A stretch of DNA of 64,000 bases from a bacterium (GCA_037131755.1 JBAXQJ010000001.1:16176-80175); one strand, 5' to 3'; shown: positions 26,911-36,659, counted from the stretch's first letter. The notes: a model not told the origin generated them from the letters alone. Translations and numbers: made by a program.

Positions 26911-29900
26911 TCAACGCATAGGTGTGATTGTCTGAAGCCGCAGTACATTGTTTGTATCACTAACCGCTGACTTTGTGGGGTTGGCCCCAATCAAGTACTC
27001 CTGCAAATTGCTCAAGCCATCTCCATCAGCATTACCGCTAGCATTGTTCGTAAGGTTGCCGAAGTATCGCATTTCCCAAGCATCGGGTAGCCCATCGCCA
27101 TCGCTATCACCAAAAGCATCAAGAATATTGATGGTGAAAGAATCATTAGGAATACAAACCGCAGAGCCAATCAGTTGATCTAATTGCAATGTGACTGTTT
27201 TCGTTGGTTCGCGTAGATCGTTCGTCAGGATTAAAATTGAAACCAGCTGATTTGTCTGCCCTGGGGAAAATACAATGTTCTGGTTGGTGAAGGAATAATT
27301 CAGGCCGTTCACCGCCGTACCACCTATCATATAGAGACGCACCTGAATTGTATTGGTTGACGGCGGATAGATTCTAACGGGTATGTTAGTACTGGAGGCA
27401 GTCTCCATGACGGTAAGATCGTGGCTGGGGAAGAAGACGACAGGTGGCTTGGAGGCCGGATTTGTCGAATCTGTACCCAATCGGATTTCATCGGCATTGC
27501 TTACGCCGTCACCATCGAAGTCATCGCTCGGCAGGACATGTTCCACTTTTTCGATATTATCATTCGTATTGGCATTAACGATTTTCATTTCCTCATAATC
27601 CGGAAGGCCATCCCCATCGGTATCGGGATCGGTAAGTGTCACATTGATGCCAGTAACCCTCCCGGTAATAACAAGTAAACTGTTTGTATATGTCCCAGTT
27701 GCTTCCCAGGAATCATTTGAACCGTTACCGTTTGAATCGCGAAATGCTTTGACCCATCGTGCTGACGGCGGAATGTTCGGGATCTGATACGGCCCCTGCG
27801 CCAAACGAACCACCGACATATCCTTTTCCCAAGAAGTCGCATTGGTCGCCGCCAAAATTACAATCGGGCCAGTCTGCGCGCCCGAGTAAAGCACGTATCC
27901 TGAGACGCTGGGCGGATCTTGGGAATTTGTCGGCGAAGTATGGTTTTGAAATTCCCGCCAAGCAGACAGTCCATCTCCATCCGCATCCGCCCCAAGTTCA
28001 TAAGCCGCCATCACATCATTGATAGTCCATCCACCGCCACTTATCCGAATATCATCTATCATTCCGGAAAATACGTTGGTGACCGCCCCGCCTGACGTGG
28101 CACCGATCCGGAGTGAGTTTGTACTGTGCTCAATACCTCCAAGCGCCAGCCCAAATACATAATTAGTCGTCGCTACGCTTACTCCGTTGACATAAAGGTC
28201 ATGATTCCCACTAGCGTATGTACCCGTTATGTGCAGGGGTACGTCGGAAGTAAGGATGCAGGAGTATCTTAAAGTTTTTGCTCCACTGGCGCATATAGTG
28301 AAGGCAAGTCCACCATTCTCGTAGCCAAGACTATAACCAGTTGTGCCGTTTGGAATTCGCTTGCTGACGAACATCGCCGAACTGCCACTCATATAGAAGT
28401 GATCAGGCACAATCCACAGACTGATAGCAACGCTTTCCGTCTTCAGGTTGGCATTGTCGGCCACCTCAACATAGGAATTACTGCCATTAAATATTAGGGC
28501 GTTGCTGACAAGACCACTACACCAGCTATTGCTGGCAAAACCATATAGGGTGCCATTATTGGCGTTGCCGGACGAATCGAGCGCATTAGATCCGCTGTTT
28601 TCATCGAACTGCAACCACGCGGTCAAGCCATCTGCACCACCCCGAGTCGAATCCATGCCATAGAAAACTTCCCACCAATCGGATACGCTATCTCCATCAT
28701 TATCCGGGTCGACAAGAGTGACATTCCTGCCAGTGTGATTATCATCTAAGAAAATTGGATTTCCTGAATCGCTACCCCATGCCTCCCAAATTGTCGGCAG
28801 GTTATCGCCACTAGAGTCGCGCCAGGCGCGTATCCAGTAATCGGTATTTGGCGGTAAGTGTGTTATGACAAATGAACCGGTATTTGAAATAATATTGGCA
28901 TGAGCCCAAGACCAATCAACACCGTTGGTGCAAGCGACTACATAAAACACACCGGTTTGGGGACCAGTGTAGATCACGTTTCCTTCGATATTCCAGGGGT
29001 GACTCAAGCTGTTCGTGGGATTGGTATTCACATCATATTCTTCTTGATTAGTGTATTCATCACCATCGGAATCGACATTACTACTGGTATTCGTCGTGCT
29101 GCCGAAATACTGAATTTCCCACCAATCGGCCAAGCCATCGCTATCAAGGTCGGGATCAGTAAGATTGATAGCTTGTCCGGCAAGGCGGTTAGTGATGATT
29201 ATGGAGAGGTTAGTTAGGATTGCTTGGGCCTCAGCGGCATTATTGGTACTATTCCCGTTGGTATCGATCCAAGATTTGAGCCAATAATTTGTCTGTTCCA
29301 AATCACTGATTCGATAGGCCATGGGGAAATTACAAACGGCTGATGTGTAGCTATGCGCCGTTGACCAACTATTGGAACTGGTTACAGCAATAACCCAAAC
29401 GGTGCCGGTCTGGCGGCCTGAATAAGTTATTGTGCCAAGTACATTGGCAGGATCATTAGGATCAAGCGGATTATGTCCATGCGCGATTTCCCAGCCATCC
29501 CCACAACCATCATCATCCGTATCGAATTTATTGGCATCAGTACCTAAAGAGAGCTCGCCCAGAACGTAAGGACTTCCGTTTGTAGTGATGCCAGTCGGAT
29601 ATACATTTGTTGTCACAATTCCGCTATTTCCGTCAACCAGACCATCGCTATCACTGTCCATCGCATCAGGGTTACTTCGATAAATCAGAGTTTCGCGACC
29701 GTCATTAATTCCGTCACCGTCTGTATCCTCTGTACTGCCAACCGCATAGAACCGGACTGGAATATCTGCGCCGTTAGTGGCTGATGTATCGACCCACCAC
29801 AAACTATTAGTCCCGGCAGTAACCAGATTGGTGTTTAGAATGGTCCAACTATGGGTCATAAGATTGGATGAGGCGAACATTTCCAGCGGATAACTGAAGG

Positions 29901-30741
29901 AGGAGGGATAATCAACCCTAACGAGTTTTCCGGAAGTAACCAGGCTAATTTCCGAGATCACGATATTTGTATCGGCTGCTGGTAATCTCATCATGGACAT
30001 ACCGCCTGAAGACATGGATTTTGACAATGAAGAAGTTGTGGACTGGGATATAAAATCCCATAACGAGGCAGCGGCATTTTCGGCATAAATATCAATATAG
30101 CTGTCTGGAATCAGCGCTATATCGATTTCAACATGAGAAGGATCGAGCCAAGCCTCAATTTCGTCGCGCTTTTGTTCAGAACAGTCTTTCCTGTAAATTT
30201 CAGCGTGTATTTTCTTCGCTATCCAATACGGATCATAGTCACTTCGGGGTTTGAAGACATAGAAGACCTTGCCGTCCGCATCCAGTACTTGTATTTCGCG
30301 AGTTTCTTTAACTTCACGTACCTTTAGGTGATATATCGGACTGCCGTTTTTTATTTCATACACTAAACCCTTTGTAAATGACTCGGGGAAGGACTTGGGG
30401 TTGAAGGAATACAGGCCAGCCGAAAAAGATACCGGCTTAGTCATTCCAGGAACGAACAGCTGAATACAGCTTTCTTGGAATTCAAATAGCCGCTCAACTA
30501 AAAATGCGGGGCTATCGGCAAAATTAGTCGATAGTTCTTCACTGATTCTCGCTTGCCGTTCGTCAATGATCTTACGAGTTATTCCGGTTAAGGCCCAGAC
30601 CGTAACGCATGCCAGAAACAAACTGACAATAGCGGTGAATGAAATTGCGCGCATTCGAACTCTACCCGTTTTTCCTGTCCAAGGCATATTCAATCCTTTC
30701 TCTATTAATCCGCTCCGCGCCAAAAAAAGAGGCGCGGACAT
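26911..30741 (-). CDS. Large secreted/membrane-anchored surface protein with TSP3-like calcium-binding DxDxDG repeats and a LamG-like (concanavalin A-type lectin) domain
   Basis: N-terminal TM ISFTAIVSLFLACVTVWAL. Repeats DTDGDGINDGRE, DSDSDGLVDG, DTDDDGCGDGWE, DPDLDSDGLADWWE, DPDTDGDGLPDYEE, DSDGDGLPDAWE. LamG-like segment LQFDENSGSNALDSSGNANNGTLYG...ALIFNGSNSYVEVADNANL. 1276 aa, 52 nt upstream of the Rhs gene on the same strand. Confidence 0.65.
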   Translation of the reverse strand: MSAPLFLARSGLIEKGLNMPWTGKTGRVRMRAISFTAIVSLFLACVTVWALTGITRKIIDERQARISEELSTNFADSPAFLVERLFEFQESCIQLFVPGMTKPVSFSAGLYSFNPKSFPESFTKGLVYEIKNGSPIYHLKVREVKETREIQVLDADGKVFYVFKPRSDYDPYWIAKKIHAEIYRKDCSEQKRDEIEAWLDPSHVEIDIALIPDSYIDIYAENAAASLWDFISQSTTSSLSKSMSSGGMSMMRLPAADTNIVISEISLVTSGKLVRVDYPSSFSYPLEMFASSNLMTHSWTILNTNLVTAGTNSLWWVDTSATNGADIPVRFYAVGSTEDTDGDGINDGRETLIYRSNPDAMDSDSDGLVDGNSGIVTTNVYPTGITTNGSPYVLGELSLGTDANKFDTDDDGCGDGWEIAHGHNPLDPNDPANVLGTITYSGRQTGTVWVIAVTSSNSWSTAHSYTSAVCNFPMAYRISDLEQTNYWLKSWIDTNGNSTNNAAEAQAILTNLSIIITNRLAGQAINLTDPDLDSDGLADWWEIQYFGSTTNTSSNVDSDGDEYTNQEEYDVNTNPTNSLSHPWNIEGNVIYTGPQTGVFYVVACTNGVDWSWAHANIISNTGSFVITHLPPNTDYWIRAWRDSSGDNLPTIWEAWGSDSGNPIFLDDNHTGRNVTLVDPDNDGDSVSDWWEVFYGMDSTRGGADGLTAWLQFDENSGSNALDSSGNANNGTLYGFASNSWCSGLVSNALIFNGSNSYVEVADNANLKTESVAISLWIVPDHFYMSGSSAMFVSKRIPNGTTGYSLGYENGGLAFTICASGAKTLRYSCILTSDVPLHITGTYASGNHDLYVNGVSVATTNYVFGLALGGIEHSTNSLRIGATSGGAVTNVFSGMIDDIRISGGGWTINDVMAAYELGADADGDGLSAWREFQNHTSPTNSQDPPSVSGYVLYSGAQTGPIVILAATNATSWEKDMSVVRLAQGPYQIPNIPPSARWVKAFRDSNGNGSNDSWEATGTYTNSLLVITGRVTGINVTLTDPDTDGDGLPDYEEMKIVNANTNDNIEKVEHVLPSDDFDGDGVSNADEIRLGTDSTNPASKPPVVFFPSHDLTVMETASSTNIPVRIYPPSTNTIQVRLYMIGGTAVNGLNYSFTNQNIVFSPGQTNQLVSILILTNDLREPTKTVTLQLDQLIGSAVCIPNDSFTINILDAFGDSDGDGLPDAWEMRYFGNLTNNASGNADGDGLSNLQEYLIGANPTKSAVSDTNNVLRLQTITPMR

Positions 30742-32072
30742 CTGCCCATGCCCACCGGAGGGACTGGCATCCCTGTGAATGAACCTGGAACAGAAGCCGC
30801 GCCAATTGGCGCGCTTCCGCAGATTCGTCCATTCACATTGACACCCCTTTCAGAGCATCAACTAACTTGCCAGTTTTCCGGTGAACGATACTTGCGATAT
30901 CGCAAATCTATTTTGATCAATGTTTCGTTAATTCAATTGTGTCTCAATTACTAAAAAGCAAACGTCTCCGTTATCTTTAAATTCTTTATGTGCCTATTCC
31001 GCAATTTACATAAAAATTATTGGTCGAACCTTACTTATTTTCCATCCTAACGTCAACAAATCTCGGAGTTAGTGCGAATTCTTGAAGCTTATGGGGAGAG
31101 GGAGGTAAGCAGGATGTTTAGTGGGGTGACGTTAAGGTAATAAGCACAATTCTTTCAAAAAAATAGCTGACCATGTCGCCATGATCAGCTACCCTCCCAC
31201 TACAATTTTATTCATATTTGCTTCTTTTCGATCAATATGCGCACCTAACTTTTTTCAACATCAGCAGGAGCAATTCAAATGACTTGATGCCGATCTCTTT
31301 ATCACTAAGTTCTCCGACGAACAATAACCACCAGCGATCAACCGAATTTCCTCAATAGATATGAGATCTTCCTGATTGACCCTAACCCAATCTTCCCTGC
31401 AAATCACCGATTCGCGAGTTGAATGGGGACCTGAGGCCCTATCCGTTTTCATGGCTGCCCTCCCTTTCTAATAGTAGAGGAAAGCCACACAACCCATTGA
31501 CAATGAATAGCTTAGGTGTATTATGTCAGTGCTGGATGCATGGTTTCCTCGGTTTGTAACATCTGTGGCGGATTGAACCGTTCAGAATTATCGAGAAACA
31601 TGCGTCCAGTTTTTTATTACACCTATATCAACGCCCCTCCCTTCCGCGTGATCAACCAAAGTTCTTCCGCCCAAACCAATAACCTATAACTGTTAATAAC
31701 TTAACGATATTCGATTAGTAAATCAAGCTCGCTCTTCGTGCACTGCATTAAGGGCGTTTTATGTCCTTGAATAATCGGGAGTTATGACTTCAAAAAAAAA
31801 GAACCATTTTTCACCGAAGCCCAATTGCGGTGCCGATGAATGCTATTGCGGGGTATCAGCCAAGTGGATCAGGAAGATTACCAGGAAGAAATTCCTCCTC
31901 AACGCGGAGCGCTCGAAGGCCGGGTATGTCATTCACGACACGGAATGGGACAAGCTGAAAGCATTGTTCACGCGGTACGGCCTGGACACTGCAAGTGCCG
32001 AACCGCCACCACAAGGATTCTTGATGAACATAAAGAACCTACGGGTGAACTTACAAGTTCAACTACCTGTCA

Positions 32073-32942
32073 TCAGCCTTCTGTCGCTAATATCTTTTTT
32101 GACTCAACTATTAGTCTGCGCTTAATATCTGGGCGTGAAGTCCACAACAAACGGGCAAAGTTAAGATACTCGTCGGCTCCGTCTGGGCCGGACCAAGATA
32201 CGCCATATCCAGAACGATTCACTTCTGTTTCAGGGTGCGCAAGTAATTGAGGCACATGCTGATTCTGGCGCAAGGCTGCCTTCAAGGCCTGGAGGTATTC
32301 TTCATCAGGTGCGCCAACGGCATCCAAGAAAAACACTTTGCCGTATCGCCCATAACACCCGTTGCAATCCTCGTAATTCTCTGTAAGAAGATTGAATGCG
32401 GAGTATCGTCCTAACATCAAATATTCGACCGAAAGAAGCAGCCGTGCCCCCACATGGTCGCCTGAATCTAACTCGATCAGTGCTTCAAGATGCTGGATTG
32501 CCTCTTCATGGCAACCTAAGGCAATCAAGGTTCTGGCCACACCAATCCGTGAACGCATGTATGGCCTGGTGTGAACTAGACCATAGAAATATCCCTTCTC
32601 GCGTTTGAAAAATTCCTCGCCCCAATAGACTTCTGCAAGACGAGTTGCCCAACGATAAAGGAGGAGTTCTTCTCCTAAGTTCTCGGGTAGATACAATGCG
32701 AAAATATTGTAGGCATCCGAGCAATAGTCGGACTTATTTATTGCCTTGTAGGCGAGTGCCACTGTATCATCAATATCGCTGTCCCATGCGCTATAGCAAA
32801 GCTCTTGCGCCTCACGGTAACGCTCTTCATCTTCCTTTGATGGCGGCTTGAGGATTGCCCCTAGCGCTTTCTGAATAATGTCGATCTTATCTCGGTCTTT
32901 CATTGGTCCGATTCCTTCATTACTCAATAGGCGGAAGCACAA
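32073..32942 (-). CDS. Hypothetical protein (possibly helical/TPR-like), downstream partner of the putative HEPN-motif gene
   Basis: 289-aa ORF (the likely start is the internal MKDRDKID near 32903). No family recognised. Same strand as the 32990-33931 gene, 47 nt downstream of it. Confidence 0.4.
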   Translation of the reverse strand: MCFRLLSNEGIGPMKDRDKIDIIQKALGAILKPPSKEDEERYREAQELCYSAWDSDIDDTVALAYKAINKSDYCSDAYNIFALYLPENLGEELLLYRWATRLAEVYWGEEFFKREKGYFYGLVHTRPYMRSRIGVARTLIALGCHEEAIQHLEALIELDSGDHVGARLLLSVEYLMLGRYSAFNLLTENYEDCNGCYGRYGKVFFLDAVGAPDEEYLQALKAALRQNQHVPQLLAHPETEVNRSGYGVSWSGPDGADEYLNFARLLWTSRPDIKRRLIVESKKILATEG

Positions 32943-32989
32943 GGGGTGTGAAGAACGTCAATTTCTTCTCGCCTACACCACCCGGTCCA

Positions 32990-33931
32990 CTACTTTGTTT
33001 TAATTAGAGAACTTTCCTGGCCAGTTACAAAGCGACGCGAGAGATCCTTATTTACAACATTCCGCTTCTCCATATATTTGCGTCGTTCTATGAAGTCGAG
33101 AAATACATCGTGTTTCTCAGCAATGGTATAAGGTGGATTTGAACCCCCATAAATAATTGCGAGACCTACGGGCACATCATCGGAACTAATGCTCAGATGA
33201 TTCTTGAAATCATCTATAGCCTTACGCAGCGTTTGCTCCCATAGCAAGCAACCTGACGACAACTGGCTGCGAACCCCTGAGTGAATGCGCCACAAACATT
33301 CAATATATTCACGAACATATGGTTTTAGATCGAGACAGTTGGGTAGGGCTCGCAATTCATCCTTAACGGTAGCTTTGAATTGTGGGTCATTTTCCAAATC
33401 TTTACAAATCACCTGCGGTGTCACTGTACACGCAACACGACCATCATTACCCAAATCAGTTAATTGGTGCGAAATTGAATAGGAACTTGCGGCTAACCCC
33501 CGGTGCTGAACGAAATTCCTCATCGCCTCCATCAAGCGATAACTGAAGTGTTTGTCGTACTCAATGTTCGTCAGTTTCTCAATTGCATCGAACTCTGCAC
33601 CCTCTCCATAAATTGCTTTAATACTGTGTCTCAACTGGTCGAGATATAGTCTACAAGATGATAGAAGGTTTGTGATTCTACGATTGAGAGCGGTACGATC
33701 TTCATGCATTTGATGTGGAGTCATCTTTGCGAAAAGATTGTGCTCAACAGCCCTGTCAAGGATCTCTTTTTCAAATTCTACATAATTTGCCAGAACAATA
33801 TCAAATCGCTCCTCAATCTCTAGGGTACGGATCAAATTGGATTTATGCATCCGAATAAGAGCGAATTCTGCACATGTTATCTCTTTTCTGGCATTACACC
33901 CCATAGTGAGCTTCGCTAAGAAATATTTCAT
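32990..33931 (-). CDS. Hypothetical protein with an Rx4H (HEPN-like) motif; possible Abi/HEPN-type RNase
   Basis: 313 aa. LMEAMRNFVQHRGLAA matches the HEPN R-N-x3-H signature. No other support, so weak. Confidence 0.35.
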   Translation of the reverse strand: MKYFLAKLTMGCNARKEITCAEFALIRMHKSNLIRTLEIEERFDIVLANYVEFEKEILDRAVEHNLFAKMTPHQMHEDRTALNRRITNLLSSCRLYLDQLRHSIKAIYGEGAEFDAIEKLTNIEYDKHFSYRLMEAMRNFVQHRGLAASSYSISHQLTDLGNDGRVACTVTPQVICKDLENDPQFKATVKDELRALPNCLDLKPYVREYIECLWRIHSGVRSQLSSGCLLWEQTLRKAIDDFKNHLSISSDDVPVGLAIIYGGSNPPYTIAEKHDVFLDFIERRKYMEKRNVVNKDLSRRFVTGQESSLIKTK

Positions 33932-34318
33932 TGGCGAAGAATACTATGGATCATTCTCACCATCAAGAGTTGTGTCAATCTTAGGATCTTCTTGAAAGTG
34001 TATAAAGATAAACACCGGAACACGCCCTCCCCGCAAGGCTCGCGCCAACCGCCTCCAGCCCGAAACCGGGTGAATACCCGGTATCGGGCTTCCACTGTTT
34101 GTTACACCCCTTGCGGGGAGGGCGCGTACCGTGTTTCGGGACGGAGAACCGATACCAGTCTACCCCTGACAAAATATCAACTTGGCAAGGTCACGCCGAA
34201 CCGTAGCGTTTCAACACCATATAGGTGCCGTCTGTCTTGACTATGAGACATAACTCATGGCATAAGACATATATATCTTTGGTTGAAATGAGGGATCAGC
34301 GGGACTGGGGCGCAAATC

Positions 34319-35521
34319 TTGGCATCATATGAGGCATCACCCAACAGGCAAAGCATGACACAGAGCAATTCAACCTCAACTGCGCCCGGGCAACTTTTGG
34401 GGTACATATTGCAGTTTCCTCGGGCTCTTTGCCGCCTCCTTCAAGCCGGAGTGGGTGGTGCAGTTGGGATTGAGCTTATCGGCGATGTTACGGCATTTCT
34501 GGCCAACGGTGCCGTAATCAATGAGGAAGACAAATCGTCAACGACCACCAACCCTTTAACGGATCGCTCGACTGACCTTTGGAAAACCTTCTACAATTGG
34601 ATTAAACAGATTGATGATGGAGCCATTGACGTTACCAAAACGAGTTTTGTCCTGTATACAAACTGTTCTGGTCGTCCTGCGCTTGTTAATAAATTCAACG
34701 CAGCGAAAACACCCGCAGATGTGCATGCCGCGATTCAGGCGGCAATTACTGAACTGAAAGACACTTCACACTCCCATGATATTTGGGTTTACTACGATTT
34801 TGTGATTAATAAGAAACTGAACACTTTTGAGAAGTTGTTGCTAAATTTTGAATTATTGGTCGGTGTTGATGGTGCTCATGATGATGTCCGTCGAGAATTG
34901 AAGAGTAAGTTTATTCCTGACCACTCTATTCAGCTGGTTTCAGACAACATATGCGGATGGTTTCAAGAAATTGTTTCAAATAAATTAAAAGCGAAGATAC
35001 CAGCTGTTATCACGTTTGAAGAATTAGATCATCAGATTGCAGTCCTTTTGGAGCGATTGCGGCAGAAAGAACTCGTAGATTTTGCGGCTACGGAACTCGC
35101 TTTAGAGAACAAGATTGCACCCGCGCTACGGCAGCGGCCAGTATTTATCAAACAACTCGATCTGATCAAGTTATCAGACGAGATGAAAATTCAAGCAGTC
35201 TGCGATTATCTTCGCGCTGATTATAATCGCCACCGTTGGATCGAGAGCGAGATTCTTGACGAAACAACAGCCAAAGACTTTGAAAAACGTCTCTATTCCT
35301 TCTGGCAGACTGAACATAGGAAGACGGAATTACTTCATTTGAATTTAGCGGAAGAAACGCGCGGCGAGCTGCTTCTCGGCGAGTGTTCCTCGCGACAAGA
35401 GTTGATTCGGGGTGAGCCAACACCTGACCGAACCGTGGCTGGCACTTATCACGCCTTGGCCGAGTTAATGCAACTTGGTTGGCATCCTAAATGGTCAAGC
35501 CTTCTTCAGGAGAAGCTGTGA
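34319..35521 (+). CDS. Hypothetical protein (400 aa), unknown family
   Basis: Long ORF with moderate GC that is translationally coupled (GTGA overlap) to the next ORF. No recognisable motif. Confidence 0.45.
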   Translation: MASYEASPNRQSMTQSNSTSTAPGQLLGYILQFPRALCRLLQAGVGGAVGIELIGDVTAFLANGAVINEEDKSSTTTNPLTDRSTDLWKTFYNWIKQIDDGAIDVTKTSFVLYTNCSGRPALVNKFNAAKTPADVHAAIQAAITELKDTSHSHDIWVYYDFVINKKLNTFEKLLLNFELLVGVDGAHDDVRRELKSKFIPDHSIQLVSDNICGWFQEIVSNKLKAKIPAVITFEELDHQIAVLLERLRQKELVDFAATELALENKIAPALRQRPVFIKQLDLIKLSDEMKIQAVCDYLRADYNRHRWIESEILDETTAKDFEKRLYSFWQTEHRKTELLHLNLAEETRGELLLGECSSRQELIRGEPTPDRTVAGTYHALAELMQLGWHPKWSSLLQEKL

Positions 35522-35970
35522 GCAGCCTAGCGCAAGAAGTAAAAATTTGGAATACGCCTGTTCTAGGTGCGTATTTGCTCTGGCGTTTTACATGTGGGCA
35601 TTGTGCACATCATCCGCAAGGCGATGGCCCGGTGGTTCTGCTCCACTTCCTTGCTGCCGCAATTCTCACAAGCCCACCACTCTGCGATCCCATTAACAAT
35701 CATCGGGCTAATCTACAGTCTTACGTTCGCTCTTTTGATGAGAAGGGTTCGACCGATCTCTTGATGGGAATTCAGAAGAGGGTTGAACTGCGACGGCATT
35801 ACACACTTGATGCTATCGATATCGCAATTGCAAATGGCCTTTTAGTTTGGGATATACCACGCGCACGACTCTATTCTCGCAAGGTCACACAAAAGCTTAG
35901 TCGTGGTTGTGCTCTTGGCAGGAATCGAACCTGCATTTCTCCCTTCGCAGGGGAGTGTCCTATCCATTGA
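35491..35970 (+). CDS. Hypothetical protein (about 150 aa); its 3' end runs into a minus-strand tRNA-like gene, so the C-terminus is probably over-extended
   Basis: ORF overlapping the previous gene. A likely GTG start at about 35518 overlaps the upstream stop. The last about 60 nt coincide with the tRNA at 35910-35981. Confidence 0.35.
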   Translation: MVKPSSGEAVSSLAQEVKIWNTPVLGAYLLWRFTCGHCAHHPQGDGPVVLLHFLAAAILTSPPLCDPINNHRANLQSYVRSFDEKGSTDLLMGIQKRVELRRHYTLDAIDIAIANGLLVWDIPRARLYSRKVTQKLSRGCALGRNRTCISPFAGECPIH

Positions 35971-35981
35971 ACGACAAGGGC
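35910..35981 (-). tRNA. tRNA-Arg-like, anticodon GCG (unusual), 72 nt
   Basis: Manual cloverleaf on the minus strand: acceptor GCCCTTG/CAAGAGC (one C.A mismatch at 3:70); D-arm GTTC-AATGGATA-GGAC; anticodon stem CTCCC/GGGAG with loop CTGCGAA; T-arm GCAGG-TTCGATT-CCTGC; discriminator A; no encoded CCA. The D-arm is nearly identical to tRNA-Arg(TCT) at 43507. Confidence 0.6.
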
Positions 35982-36067
35982 ATGCACGGAAACACTAACA
36001 TAAAAAACAAATTTCATAAAGTGAAATTTGTTTTTTGTAAGCCATCAATTGAAACCCGACATTTATC

Positions 36068-36529
36068 CTAAAATCCCAAATAATCCATCACCTTATGCGC
36101 GACCGGTTCCTGGAGCTCTACCTCATCCAAATACTGTGAGAGAAAAGCGTGCACTTCGTCGGGATTTGCGCCGTTTAGAGGTATGGAAATGAGCGGTTGG
36201 AGTTTCTTTTTCGACTGGATAATCAAAGTCGGATTGCCATGGCGAAGCTCTACCCAAAAAGCCTCGAGTGTTTGATAGGGGTGCAATTCATTGCCGATGG
36301 TAATACCCATATTGGCCAAATCGTAGTCGACGAGACCCGGCTCGCGACGGACGAAATAAATCAGCATAAAAACCGAAAGTAAAATTAAAATTCCAAACAA
36401 GGAGTTCCCATACATGAAAGAAAGAATGACGATGCAGATCGTGATGATGCCAACCGCCCAAAACCAATCCACGCTTCTTTCGTAGTGATGATATTCCGGC
36501 GCCTGCCAATGCAAAGATTCATTACCCAT
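36068..36529 (-). CDS. Hypothetical membrane protein
   Basis: 153 aa with two TM helices (WFWAVGIITICIVILSFMYG, LFGILILLSVFMLIYFV) and a C-terminal soluble part. Confidence 0.5.
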   Translation of the reverse strand: MGNESLHWQAPEYHHYERSVDWFWAVGIITICIVILSFMYGNSLFGILILLSVFMLIYFVRREPGLVDYDLANMGITIGNELHPYQTLEAFWVELRHGNPTLIIQSKKKLQPLISIPLNGANPDEVHAFLSQYLDEVELQEPVAHKVMDYLGF

Positions 36530-36659
36530 GGAAGTATTATATCATAGTCGTAATAATTTAGAAGATAAAAACACATGCCATTTTTGTCGTGTGTTTTTCA
36601 GGGGCGGGGGATATGGGAAGACGTTGGATCGGCTATAGAAGATGTCCTAAATAAAGGGT

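Noticed and set aside
20661-27178. Many 60-120 aa ORFs on both strands inside the Rhs and LamG genes.
   Set aside because: These are expected chance ORFs in long GC-rich CDSs. The host genes have strong domain evidence.
31784-32250. Overlapping plus-strand ORFs of 113 and 136 aa.
   Set aside because: The two are mutually exclusive frames with no motif support and overlap the 3' end of the 289-aa minus-strand gene. Left uncalled.
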